Part shown: in pieces, positions 12,895 to 23,308 of the stretch | Layout: each line of letters starts with the position of its first letter | Numbering within the stretch: position 1 is the stretch's first letter | Assembly: GCF_017348835.2 (NCBI RefSeq) | Contig: NZ_CP071375.1 | DNA length: 64,000 nt | Reading direction: 5' to 3' (one strand) | Origin: Escherichia coli | GTDB lineage: Bacteria; Pseudomonadota; Gammaproteobacteria; Enterobacterales; Enterobacteriaceae | The notes under the pieces: generated by a model | The model's input: the letters and a program-made list of their open reading frames with translations, nothing else | Database searches by the model: none | What the model was told of the DNA's origin: nothing | Program-made: the position numbers and the translations under genes

Positions 12895-14321
12895 TATTTA
12901 TCCCCCAGCAAATCGCGCGCGCCCCAGTGCGGAAAGTGGCGACGAACCAGGGCATTCAATTCCAGTTCGAATGCACTGAATTCAGATGGCGCAGCAGTTG
13001 CCTGGCTAACTGGCTCGTGCACCATACCGGCACCTACGGTCACATTGCTCAGGCGATCGATAAAAATCAGCCCACCGGTAACCGGGTTTTGCTGATAACG
13101 ATCTAACACCAGTGGCTCGTCAAAAGTGAGATCCACCAGGCCGATGCCGTTCAGCGGCAGGTTTTCAACTTCGCGTTGGGTAAGGTTATTAATATCAACC
13201 TGATAACGAATGCCATCAACACGAGCACGCGTCTTCTTACCGGCAATTTTGATGTCGTAACTCTGGCCCGGGGAAAGCGGCTGTTCCGCCATCCATACCA
13301 CATCCACCGACGCGCTCTGCACAGCTGGTAACGCTTCGTCTGCCGCCAGCAGCAGATCGCCACGGCTGATGTCGATCTCATCCGTCAGCACCAGGGTGAT
13401 CGCTTCTCCGGCAAAGGCTTCTTCGCGATCACCATCAAAAGTCACGATCCGCGCGACGTTTGATTCCACACCAGAGGGCAGCACTTTGACACGTTGCCCG
13501 ACTTCCACGCGACCGGATGCCAGCGTTCCGGCGTAGCCACGAAAATCGAGATTCGGGCGATTAACGTACTGCACCGGGAAGCGCATTGGCTGAGCATCCA
13601 CCACTCGCTGGATCTCCACGGTTTCCAGCACTTCGAGCAGTGTCGGACCGCTGTACCACGGCATACTTTCACTTTGCGAAGCCACGTTGTCACCTTCCAG
13701 TGCGGAGAGCGGCACAAAGCGGATATCCAGATTACCCGGCAGCTGCCCGGCAAAGGTCAGATAATCTTCACGAATACGGGTGAACGTCTCTTCACTGTAA
13801 TCCACCAGATCCATTTTGTTGATCGCCACGACCAGATGTTTGATCCCCAACAATGTGGAGATAAAACTGTGACGACGGGTTTGATCGAGCACGCCTTTAC
13901 GGGCATCGATCAGTAAAATCGCCAGTTCACATGTCGATGCGCCAGTCGCCATATTGCGGGTGTACTGCTCGTGTCCTGGGGTGTCGGCGATAATAAATTT
14001 ACGCTTCTCGGTAGAGAAATAGCGGTAGGCCACATCAATAGTGATGCCCTGTTCGCGCTCAGCTTGCAGGCCGTCCACCAGCAGTGCCAGATCCAGCTTT
14101 TCGCCCTGGGTGCCGTGACGTTTACTGTCGTTATGCAGCGATGAGAGCTGATCTTCGTAGATTTGGCGGGTATCGTGCAGCAGGCGACCAATCAGGGTAC
14201 TTTTGCCGTCATCGACGCTACCACAGGTCAGAAAACGCAGCAGGCTTTTATGTTGTTGCGCAATCATCCAGGCTTCGACGCCGCCTTCATTGGCGATTTG
14301 TTGTGCAAGTGCGGTGTTCAT
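12894..14321 (-). CDS. cysN: Sulfate adenylyltransferase subunit 1 (GTPase)
   Basis: 475 aa; GTP-binding motifs GSVDDGKST and DTPGH. Confidence 0.95.
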   Translation of the reverse strand: MNTALAQQIANEGGVEAWMIAQQHKSLLRFLTCGSVDDGKSTLIGRLLHDTRQIYEDQLSSLHNDSKRHGTQGEKLDLALLVDGLQAEREQGITIDVAYRYFSTEKRKFIIADTPGHEQYTRNMATGASTCELAILLIDARKGVLDQTRRHSFISTLLGIKHLVVAINKMDLVDYSEETFTRIREDYLTFAGQLPGNLDIRFVPLSALEGDNVASQSESMPWYSGPTLLEVLETVEIQRVVDAQPMRFPVQYVNRPNLDFRGYAGTLASGRVEVGQRVKVLPSGVESNVARIVTFDGDREEAFAGEAITLVLTDEIDISRGDLLLAADEALPAVQSASVDVVWMAEQPLSPGQSYDIKIAGKKTRARVDGIRYQVDINNLTQREVENLPLNGIGLVDLTFDEPLVLDRYQQNPVTGGLIFIDRLSNVTVGAGMVHEPVSQATAAPSEFSAFELELNALVRRHFPHWGARDLLGDK

Positions 14322-14322
14322 C

Positions 14323-15231
14323 TTAAAAATACCCCTGACGTTTTTTCAGCTCCATAGACCCCGCCTGGTCGCGGTCAATCACGCGGCCCTGACGTTCACT
14401 GGTGGTGGAAACCAGCATCTCTTCGATGATTTCCGGCAGTGTTTGTGCATTTGACTCCACCGCACCGGTCAGCGGCCAGCAGCCCAGCGTACGGAAACGC
14501 ACCATCCGTTTTTTAATCACTTCGCCCGGTTGCAGGTCGATACGGTTGTCATCAATCATCATCAACATACCGTCGCGTTCCAGAACCGGACGTTCCGCAG
14601 CGAGATACAGCGGCACAATGTCGATATTTTCCAGCCAGATGTATTGCCAGATATCCTGCTCGGTCCAGTTAGAGAGCGGGAAGACGCGGATGCTTTCGCC
14701 TTTGTTAATTTGCCCGTTGTAGTTGTGCCACAGCTCCGGGCGCTGATTTTTCGGATCCCAGCGATGGAAGCGGTCACGGAAAGAGTAGATTCGCTCTTTA
14801 GCGCGGGATTTCTCTTCGTCACGGCGCGCACCACCGAAGGCGGCATCAAAACCGTATTTGTTCAGCGCCTGTTTCAGGCCTTCAGTTTTCATAATATCGG
14901 TATGTTTCGCGCTGCCGTGCACGAATGGATTAATCCCCATCGCCACGCCTTCCGGGTTTTTATGCACCAGCAGCTCGCAGCCGTAGGCTTTCGCCGTACG
15001 ATCGCGGAACTCATACATCTCGCGGAATTTCCAGCCGGTATCGACATGCAGCAACGGGAAAGGCAGCGTACCTGGATAAAACGCCTTGCGCGCCAGATGC
15101 AGCATGACGCTGGAATCTTTACCGATAGAGTAGAGCATCACCGGATTTGAGAATTCTGCCGCCACCTCGCGAATAATGTGGATACTTTCCGCCTCCAGTT
15201 GCTGCAGGTGAGTAAGTCGTTTTTGATCCAT
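14323..15231 (-). CDS. cysD: Sulfate adenylyltransferase subunit 2
   Basis: 302 aa PAPS-reductase-like fold; cysD-cysN-cysC operon order. Confidence 0.95.
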   Translation of the reverse strand: MDQKRLTHLQQLEAESIHIIREVAAEFSNPVMLYSIGKDSSVMLHLARKAFYPGTLPFPLLHVDTGWKFREMYEFRDRTAKAYGCELLVHKNPEGVAMGINPFVHGSAKHTDIMKTEGLKQALNKYGFDAAFGGARRDEEKSRAKERIYSFRDRFHRWDPKNQRPELWHNYNGQINKGESIRVFPLSNWTEQDIWQYIWLENIDIVPLYLAAERPVLERDGMLMMIDDNRIDLQPGEVIKKRMVRFRTLGCWPLTGAVESNAQTLPEIIEEMLVSTTSERQGRVIDRDQAGSMELKKRQGYF

Positions 15232-15482
15232 AACCGTTCCTTTGCAATACCGCTATTTTCTTGCCATCAGATGTTTCGACTATAGGGAGCGTAAGAGAAC
15301 GAATGAAATTACCAATTAGAATGAGTAGTTCCTTAACGGAATAACGATTTGGCAAAGCTAATATCAAAAAGTGCTTAAGGCACCGGATTTCGGGCGTTTA
15401 GGAAGATTTGAAATTGTTTTAGCGCAGCGGCAGTTTCATACTATGGCGGTAAAAAAATTTGCATGGTATTTAAGGACTCACT

Positions 15483-16520
15483 ATGTTTTCCGCATTGCGC
15501 CACCGTACCGCTGCCCTGGCGCTCGGCGTATGCTTTATTCTCCCCGTACACGCCTCGTCACCTAAACCTGGCGATTTTGCTAATACTCAGGCACGACATA
15601 TTGCTACTTTCTTTCCGGGACGCATGACCGGAACTCCTGCAGAAATGTTATCTGCCGATTATATTCGCCAACAGTTTCAGCAAATGGGTTATCGCAGTGA
15701 TATTCGGACATTTAATAGTCGGTATATTTATACCGCCCGCGATAATCGTAAGAGCTGGCATAACGTGACAGGAAGTACGGTGATTGCCGCTCATGAAGGC
15801 AAAGCGCCGCAGCAGATCATCATTATGGCGCATCTGGATACTTACGCCCCGCTGAGCGATGCTGACGCCGATGCCAATCTCGGCGGGCTGACGTTACAAG
15901 GAATGGATGATAACGCCGCAGGTTTAGGTGTCATGCTGGAATTGGCAGAACGCCTGAAAAATACGCCTACCGAGTATGGTATTCGATTTGTGGCGACCAG
16001 CGGCGAAGAGGAAGGGAAATTAGGCGCTGAGAATTTACTCAAGCGGATGAGTGACACCGAAAAGAAAAATACGCTGCTGGTGATTAATCTCGATAACTTA
16101 ATTGTTGGCGATAAATTGTATTTCAACAGCGGTGTAAAAACCCCTGAAGCAGTAAGGAAATTAACGCGCGACAGGGCGCTGGCAATTGCGCGCAGTCATG
16201 GAATTGCCGCAACGACCAATCCGGGTTTGAATAAAAATTATCCGAAAGGCACTGGGTGTTGTAATGACGCAGAAATATTCGACAAAGCGGGCATTGCTGT
16301 ACTTTCGGTGGAAGCGACTAACTGGAATCTTGGGAATAAGGATGGTTATCAGCAACGCGCAAAAACAGCCGCATTCCCTGCGGGAAATAGCTGGCATGAT
16401 GTAAGGCTTGATAATCAACAGCATATTGATAAGGCACTTCCTGGAAGAATAGAACGTCGCTGCCGTGATGTTATGCGGATAATGCTACCACTGGTGAAGG
16501 AGCTGGCGAAGGCGTCTTGA
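15483..16520 (+). CDS. iap: Alkaline phosphatase isozyme conversion aminopeptidase (M28 family)
   Basis: 345 aa with signal peptide; conserved position next to the CRISPR array. Confidence 0.9.
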   Translation: MFSALRHRTAALALGVCFILPVHASSPKPGDFANTQARHIATFFPGRMTGTPAEMLSADYIRQQFQQMGYRSDIRTFNSRYIYTARDNRKSWHNVTGSTVIAAHEGKAPQQIIIMAHLDTYAPLSDADADANLGGLTLQGMDDNAAGLGVMLELAERLKNTPTEYGIRFVATSGEEEGKLGAENLLKRMSDTEKKNTLLVINLDNLIVGDKLYFNSGVKTPEAVRKLTRDRALAIARSHGIAATTNPGLNKNYPKGTGCCNDAEIFDKAGIAVLSVEATNWNLGNKDGYQQRAKTAAFPAGNSWHDVRLDNQQHIDKALPGRIERRCRDVMRIMLPLVKELAKAS

Positions 16521-16591
16521 TGGGTTTGAAAATGGGAGCTGGGAGTTCTACCGCAGGGGCGGGGAATTCTCAGTGATATCCATCATCGCAT

Positions 16592-16804
16592 CCAGTGCGC
16601 CCGGTTTATCCCCGCTGGCGCGGGGAACACTGCAGGTTTTTAGGGATAGTCACTGCAATACGCGGTTTATCCCCGCTGGCGCGGGGAACACGCAAGCCGC
16701 CCATTTGACGGTCACGCCAGTTACCGGTTTATCCCCGCTGGCGCGGGGAACACCCGGGATAGCCGATAACGATGGCGGCTCTGGGCGGTTTATCCCCGCT
16801 GGCG
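16592..16804 (-). CRISPR. CRISPR array 1 (cas-adjacent): 4 identical 29-bp repeats, 3 spacers
   Basis: Repeat CGGTTTATCCCCGCTGGCGCGGGGAACAC at 16592, 16653, 16715 and 16776. Spacers (plus strand): tgcaggtttttagggatagtcactgcaatacg (32), gcaagccgcccatttgacggtcacgccagttac (33), ccgggatagccgataacgatggcggctctggg (32). crRNA would be read from the minus strand. Confidence 0.92.
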
Positions 16805-16910
16805 CGGGGAACACACTAAGCATACATATCTGTTTTTAAACAAATTTATTCCACATCAACAATCTACCAACTAAATTCAAACATTTCCTTATTTTTAAAG
16901 AACACATAAC
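16805..16910 (-). promoter_or_regulatory. AT-rich CRISPR leader for array 1
   Basis: AT-rich ~105 bp between the cas2 remnant stop and the first repeat; shares caatctaccaac with the leader of the second array. Confidence 0.6.
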
Positions 16911-17237
<327 letters not shown>

Positions 17238-17241
<4 letters not shown>

Positions 17242-18806
17242 TCAGCAGCCTCCTGCTTTTTCTCCCTGGCGGCTTTAGCACTTTGCTTCTCCGCCGATGT
17301 TGTAAAATATTTCTTGCGCGCGGTCATGACGCGTTCCAAATCAACGGGCTCATAAGGATTGGTGAATACACGCTCGTCAAAATCCTGACGTGCGAATAAC
17401 CAAATTTCCTTTTGCCATTTGCCGAGTAATTCATCCGCATCCTGACCTTCTTCAATTTGGCGCACTAACCTCAGGAAGCGATGCTGAGTTTTGTTCCAGA
17501 AGTCGATATCCACAAAACTGAAATCACCCCTTGCACCTTTTGGATCGGAGAACCATGCTTCTTTCAATGCACTCCGTAACAGACTCAGAATCCGTGAAGC
17601 CGTTTGCGCAGCCAGCCGCAGCTTCGGTATCTGGCCTTCTTTTTTATTGAGCAATAGAGGGAAATGGTGTTCGTACCAACAGCGAACCTTCATATCTTCG
17701 AAATCATAACCAAATCCCCACAAGCCTATTTTTGTCTGCTTTAGATTGCTGGCATTGAAAAGCTTCACTACCTGTGCGGGGAGTTCAGTATTGTTTTTTG
17801 ATTTACCTTCCTCTATGAGGCCTAACCAGTCGCGCCAGATTAAACCACCTGGTTGTGGTTTAACTGAGTAAAACTCTCCTCCCTCTTTAAGCGGCATACG
17901 GTAAGGTGTTAGAGGATGCCTCCACATGACGTATTGCACCCCATTGTTTTTAAGTGCCATCAAGCTCAATAGAGCGCCGCTCTGACTACCGCAAATATCG
18001 CAGTTGCCAATTGAGGTTGTCTTAAAATCAATACGAATACGCCGAGGCATTCCCCAGTAGGCCTGAAGTTTATTGACTTGTTCATCGGTTATCACAGCAC
18101 CATCCAGTTCACTGGTACGCGTCGGTGCAAGCCAGGGAAAGACCAGGTCATCAAAGGTTTTTGGTAAAGGTAAATCGGCTTCATCCTGTGGCATTACGTT
18201 AAGCCACAGCTTGCGCCACAAAGGGGGTTGTGGATTGCCCTGATACTCCAGCAATTCTATAAGTGTGGTCAGCGGCCCCCCGCCACGTAACCCCGGATAG
18301 TAACCGCGTCCACCTTTGGGAGCATTCAGCTGGATTGAAAAAAGTGCTAAAGGCACACAATGCAGGCATATATGCTGAATTGTATCTCGCTTAATAAAAT
18401 GGTCTTTATTTCGTTCTTTTGTTTGTTTTCCTGGTATGTCAGGAAGAAGCGAAGCAATAGAACTAACCTTAACTCTTAATTCTTCGAAATCCTGCATAAA
18501 TGAAGGTGAATCTGGCCCGAACTGGAAAGCATGTTCTAATAACAGCAATGCTTCCCGTAGCTTTTCGGCTTCCAGTCCGTCTTCCCAGATATCATCCCAA
18601 CGACGATGATCTTTTGGCGCGAAGCTGGTTTGTAGTAACCCCAGCAAAAACTGCCAGGCCGCCCCCTGGAGATCTGCCCGCGGCGCAGCGATATCGACAA
18701 CATTTTCATCCGCCAGATCGACTGGCGCCAGTTTGCCTGTCGTTCCGTCTTTAAAACGAACGGGCAACCACGGGGTTGTCAGAAGTGAAAACGAGTTCAT
18801 ACGCAT
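17238..18806 (-). CDS. cse1: Type I-E Cascade large subunit Cse1 (CasA), apparently intact
   Basis: About 520 aa from MRMNSFSLLTTPWLPVR; GLRGGGPLTTL motif; directly downstream of cas3. The ORF-track start at 18860 is an upstream extension. Confidence 0.85.
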
Positions 18807-18889
18807 CCTCTCGTAAAAAAGACCATCCAGGTCGGTTATCCATCCTTTTCGGTGTATCAACTATTCAGAGAGTCTCTGTCGCAGGCATC

Positions 18890-21484
18890 TCAATCAACCT
18901 TGCCAATCAATCCCTCCCTGGCCGAATACCCGCAACTTTCGTCATCAGTGACTAAAATCACGTTTGCCATCTCCGGATCTTGCCGTTGTTCAACACACCA
19001 CTGCCTGAACGCTTCCCCTTCCAGTAAAGAAAATTCATCCCGATGTTTTTTCCACCAGCTTCGACGCACTCTGGCAACGCTCATTTCCCATGCGTGAGCA
19101 CCGCTGGCATAAGGCTTCACCACACCGTCAATACAGGTAGCCAGCCACAGGGAAACAGACTCTTCAGCCAGACGTGTCGACAGCTTTTCCGGGAGGTAAT
19201 CGTTGATATTGGCGGCATAGCCGGGCCTGAAGTTCAGCATAAACTTTTTAGCCATTGCGCGATCGCAGTAATATTTGCCCACTTGCTCCTGCTCGCTGCG
19301 GGCAAATCCTTCCGGCATTACCACGTCCTCACCGTAGACGGATTCAATAAGAAGCCGGGCTGCGTGTGGCATCTGAATAGCGCCTTGCTCACGCAATACT
19401 CGCTGCGTCAGCCAGATTCGCCCATGATCGGGGTAGACATATGCGCTGTTACGCATCGCACTGCCAAACCATTCGTCACCCGGAGAGTCGTCCCAGACGG
19501 GGGCCAGAATCAGCAATTCAGGAGGGGAACGCTCGTCTTTTCCATCACGCTTTAACTGACCATTAATATCGCGAATATGCCGTTGTAATCGCCCCGCTCG
19601 CTGGATCAGCAAATCAATGGGGGCCAGGTCGGAGATCATTTCGTCCAGGTCAATATCCACACTTTGCTCAATTACTTGTGTACAAACAATGACTTGAGAT
19701 GATCTTTTTAAACTACAATTTTTACCAAAGCGTGCCAGCGTTTCCGTTTCAATTCGCTGGCGATCGCTAAAAGCAAAGCGGCTATGAAAAAGTGAAAGGC
19801 TGGAAGCAGGAATGACGCCGCGGGCAAGTAACTGACGATAAACCTTAATAGCGTCATCGACAGAATTCCGGATCCAGGCGATGCATTTCCCCTGACTTAC
19901 CGCTGATTCGATACGCGCAATACATTCTTGTTCGCTATGAAGCCAACCCACGCTCACGCTACGCTCAACGTCTTTGCGCGTCGCTACCCGGTGCGAATGC
20001 ACATCGGATTTCGTGACATGCGTCAGCCAGGGGTAATCATCCTTTTCCAGGAACGGAGCTTCTTGCTGGCCCTCTGTGCCACGCGCAAAGGCGGCGACAA
20101 GTTTGTCGCGCTGCTGTTGAGATAACGTAGCAGAAAGCAAAATGACGCTGTTTCCGCCACGCACCTGTCGCTCAATCAACCCTTCAAGAATGTACGACAT
20201 GTAAGCGTCACAGGCGTGGATCTCATCAGCCAGCAGGATTTTGTTACTCAACCCCAGAAGCCGCAGATTATTATGTTTAAACGGCATCACTGCCATCATC
20301 GCCTGATCCAGCGTGCCGACGCCAATTTCAGCCAGTAAAGCCTTCTTGTTACTGTCGGCAAACCAGGCTGCACATCCTTGACTGAACGCTTGTTCATCCG
20401 GTTCTTCTGACCCGACTAAATCACCGGACCAGAGTGATTCATTAAAGCGTTCCATTAATGTACGGGCGCTGTGTGCCAGCACCAGGCTGGGGCGGGATTC
20501 TGGCGAAAAGAAAGCAAGCCAGGTTTTGACCAGCCGATCGTACATGGCATTGGCCGTTGCCATTGTTGGCAGGCCAAAAAACAAACCCTGTGCTTTCCTC
20601 GCAGCCATCAACCTGTGCGCCAGGATAAGCGCCGCTTCTGTTTTACCTGCGCCAGTCACGTCTTCCAGAATAAATAACTTTGGCCCTGGCTGGCTGATAT
20701 CCAGATCCAGCACCTTTTGCTGTAATGGTGTCGGGTGCTCAATAAAAGGAAACAGCGTATTAATTCCGGTGAAAGGTGCGGTTTCTGCTTTTGGAGGAAA
20801 GACGGTTAAGGCGTTTTGAGCCTGAACTAAAGTTTTCTGCCAGTAATCTTTAATATCCATTGGGTGTGCGACGCGTGGAAAAAATCGCGTTGACGAACCC
20901 GTCCAGTCTGCGAGTACGACTGTTGCAGAGATATACCAGGAAAGTTGTTTTAAAAGTTCAACGCCCTCGTCATCATCCCAGAATGTGGGAATCTCTATGA
21001 GCGGAAACAGTGCCTTGATTTCAAGGAGAAAATCTCGCGCGGCAGCTTTGTCTTCAGGCAGAAAATTATCCAGCTCATCAATACGGTCAGGTGGTCGACC
21101 ATGATGCCCGGTAGTTATGGACATCCACATCTCTATTACACGTGTAAGTTTACGAGAAGAGAGTGAAGATGAAGGAAGCAACTCCTCACATTCACTTAAA
21201 TAATAATTCCACAGCCAGTAACCCAGCGTTGAATGAGAGATCTTTTCGTAATTCTTTCTGGAACCTTCCGGAATCTTGAGTTCAGGGGCCAGGTAAAGTT
21301 GCTGAAAAGAGCGGGCAAATTTTCCAATATCGTGCCAGCACAACAACCAGGCGAAAAATTGAGCCGCCTGTTCCTTGTCAGAAATCCCTAATTGACGAAA
21401 ATAATCAGCCAGCCCGAAGCAATTTCTTTTAACCATTAAATAGCCCATCGCGGCCACATCCAGCGAATGCCAGCAAAGAAGGTG
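18890..21484 (-). pseudogene. cas3: cas3 (type I-E HD nuclease/helicase), codon 36 to stop; 5' end severed by IS629
   Basis: HD motif HDIGKF, Walker A TGAGKT, DExH box DEIHACD and helicase C-terminal region present. The frame is open upstream right up to the IS boundary at 21484 with no native start; the ORF-track start at 21457 is a GTG. Confidence 0.9.
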
Positions 21485-21538
21485 TGAACCGCCCCGGAAA
21501 TCCTGGAGACTAAACTCCCTGAGAAAGAGGTAAACAGG

Positions 21539-21865
21539 ATGACTAAAAATACTCGTTTTTCCCCCGAAGTCCGTCAGCGGGCGATTCGTATGGTTCTGGA
21601 AAGTCAGGATGAATATGACTCACAGTGGGCGGCAATTTGTTCCATTGCCCCAAAGATTGGCTGTACGCCGGAGACTCTGCGTGTCTGGGTTCGCCAGCAT
21701 GAGCGGGATACCGGGAGTGGTGATGGTGGACTCACCACCGCTGAACGTCAGCGTCTGAAAGAGCTGGAACGTGAAAATCGTGAACTGCGCCGCAGTAACG
21801 ATATCCTTCGCCAGGCTTCCGCTTATTTTGCGAAGGCGGAGTTCGACCGCCTCTGGAAAAAATAA
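21539..21865 (+). CDS. IS629-like OrfA (HTH transposase N-terminal protein)
   Basis: 108 aa, [22 protein letters not shown]..., HTH plus leucine zipper typical of IS3-family OrfA. Confidence 0.9.
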   Translation: MTKNTRFSPEVRQRAIRMVLESQDEYDSQWAAICSIAPKIGCTPETLRVWVRQHERDTGSGDGGLTTAERQRLKELERENRELRRSNDILRQASAYFAKAEFDRLWKK

Positions 21866-22752
21866 TGCCACTGCTGGATAAGCTGCGTGAGCAGTACGGG
21901 GTCGGACCGGTATGCAGCGAACTGCATATTGCCCCGTCAACGTATTACCATTGTCAGCAACAGCGACATCATCCGGATAAACGCAGTGCCCGTGCGCAGC
22001 ACGATGACTGGCTGAAGAAAGAGATACAGCGCGTATACGATGAAAATCACCAGGTATACGGTGTGCGTAAAGTCTGGCGTCAGTTGTTACGGGAAGGTAT
22101 CAGAGTGGCCAGATGCACTGTGGCACGTCTCATGGCAGTTATGGGACTTGCCGGTGTTCTCCGGGGTAAAAAGGTCCGCACTACCGTCAGCCGGAAAGCC
22201 GTTGCCGCATGCGACCGCGTAAACCGTCAGTTCGTGGCAGAACGTCCAGACCAGTTGTGGGTGGCTGATTTTACCTGGGTAAGCACATGGCAGGGCTTCG
22301 TTTATGTGGCGTTCATCATTGATGTGTTCGCCGGATACATCGTGGGATGGCAGGTCTCATCATCCATGGAAACAACATTCGTGCTGGATGCACTGGAGCA
22401 GGCGTTGTGGGCCCGTCGGCCGTCCGGCACAATCCATCACAGTGATAAAGGTTCTCAGTATGTATCGCTGGCCTACACGCAGCGGCTTAAGGAAGCCGGA
22501 TTACTGGCATCAACAGGGAGTACTGGCGACTCGTATGACAACGCGATGGCTGAGAGCATCAATGGTCTTTACAAAGCGGAGGTAATACACCGTAAGAGCT
22601 GGAAAAACCGGACAGAAGTGGAACTGGCCACACTAACGTGGGTGGACTGGTATAACAATCGACGATTGCTGGAAAGGCTGGGCCATATTCCTCCGGCAGA
22701 AGCAGAAAAAGCTTATTATGCTTCCATCGGAAATAATGATCTGGCAGCCTGA
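21865..22752 (+). CDS. IS629-like OrfB (DDE/rve integrase-core transposase)
   Basis: 295 aa rve domain; in the -1 frame relative to orfA, with an A6 run at the overlap. Confidence 0.9.
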   Translation: MPLLDKLREQYGVGPVCSELHIAPSTYYHCQQQRHHPDKRSARAQHDDWLKKEIQRVYDENHQVYGVRKVWRQLLREGIRVARCTVARLMAVMGLAGVLRGKKVRTTVSRKAVAACDRVNRQFVAERPDQLWVADFTWVSTWQGFVYVAFIIDVFAGYIVGWQVSSSMETTFVLDALEQALWARRPSGTIHHSDKGSQYVSLAYTQRLKEAGLLASTGSTGDSYDNAMAESINGLYKAEVIHRKSWKNRTEVELATLTWVDWYNNRRLLERLGHIPPAEAEKAYYASIGNNDLAA

Positions 22753-22794
22753 GTTCACAGATAAAACACTCTCCAGGAAACCCGGGGCGGTTCA

Positions 22795-22902
22795 GTGATA
22801 GTCGTCACCCCCTTCTTTCTCGTCGCGTCGGGTTTTTCCCCAGAAATCAAAGAAAGTCACAATATTTTTATCCTTCAGTAAACTTAAAGGATATTTACGC
22901 AT
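22795..22902 (-). pseudogene. cas3: cas3 5' fragment (first 35 codons) separated from the gene body by IS629
   Basis: Minus-strand translation from ATG 22902 gives MRKYPLSLLKDKNIVTFFDFWGKTRRDEGGDDYH, continuing in frame across the target duplication into ...LLCWHSLDVAAMGYLMV at 21484. Confidence 0.8.
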
Positions 22903-23094
22903 ATTTTAAAAATTATCTGTGATATATATCAGCCAATAAAACATTTATATTGTGAATAAATTTATGATTTTCATTTGAAATTCATAATAATAAATAGAGA
23001 CAATATATTCACATAAAAAATATAAATTTAAAAAAGGGTGCAGGAGACCAAACCATCACAATTCAATACGCGGGGTTTTACCCCCGCGTGGTGG

Positions 23095-23247
23095 CTACTT
23101 CTTCGATTCGTAAGCGAGAACAGCCTTAAACTCCATACCACGTTCCCTGATACTCAACTCACACAACGAGTCGCCTACCATCAGCGTGAATCCCAGTACT
23201 GTACAACACAGTACGATGATTGCCACAAGGGCATATTTTGTCAGCAT
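23095..23247 (-). CDS. Hok/Gef-family type I toxin (50 aa; below the ORF-track length cutoff)
   Basis: Minus-strand [53 protein letters not shown]: one transmembrane helix followed by the Hok signature SLCE...AYE. Confidence 0.7.
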   Translation of the reverse strand: MLTKYALVAIIVLCCTVLGFTLMVGDSLCELSIRERGMEFKAVLAYESKK

Positions 23248-23308
23248 GTCTGTGTAAGTTCACAGAGATATTGCAATTGCCTCCGGATAAGTAAGGGGAG
23301 ATTGCACT

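Larger units (their letters stand above)
21485..22794 (+). mobile_element. IS629-like IS3-family insertion sequence, copy 1 (1310 bp), inserted in cas3
   Basis: Ends TGAACCGCCCCGG...CCGGGGCGGTTCA (imperfect terminal inverted repeats), orfA plus overlapping orfB, flanked by 3-bp direct repeat GTG (21482-21484 and 22795-22797). Confidence 0.92.

Noticed and set aside
16573-16839. 88-aa plus-strand ORF with repeated SPLARGT segments
   Set aside because: It is a translation across the CRISPR repeats of array 1; the periodic peptide mirrors the 61-bp repeat-spacer unit and does not indicate coding.
18807-18860. N-terminal extension of the 540-aa cse1 ORF (MIHRKGWITDLDGLFYER...)
   Set aside because: The Cse1-like sequence begins at MRMNSFSLLTTPW; the extension runs to within about 30 bp of the cas3 stop and is probably untranslated.
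21457-21457. ORF-track start of cas3 at 21457 (MAAMGYLMV...)
   Set aside because: The codon is GTG and the frame is open upstream to the IS boundary; the authentic start is the ATG at 22902 on the other side of the IS.
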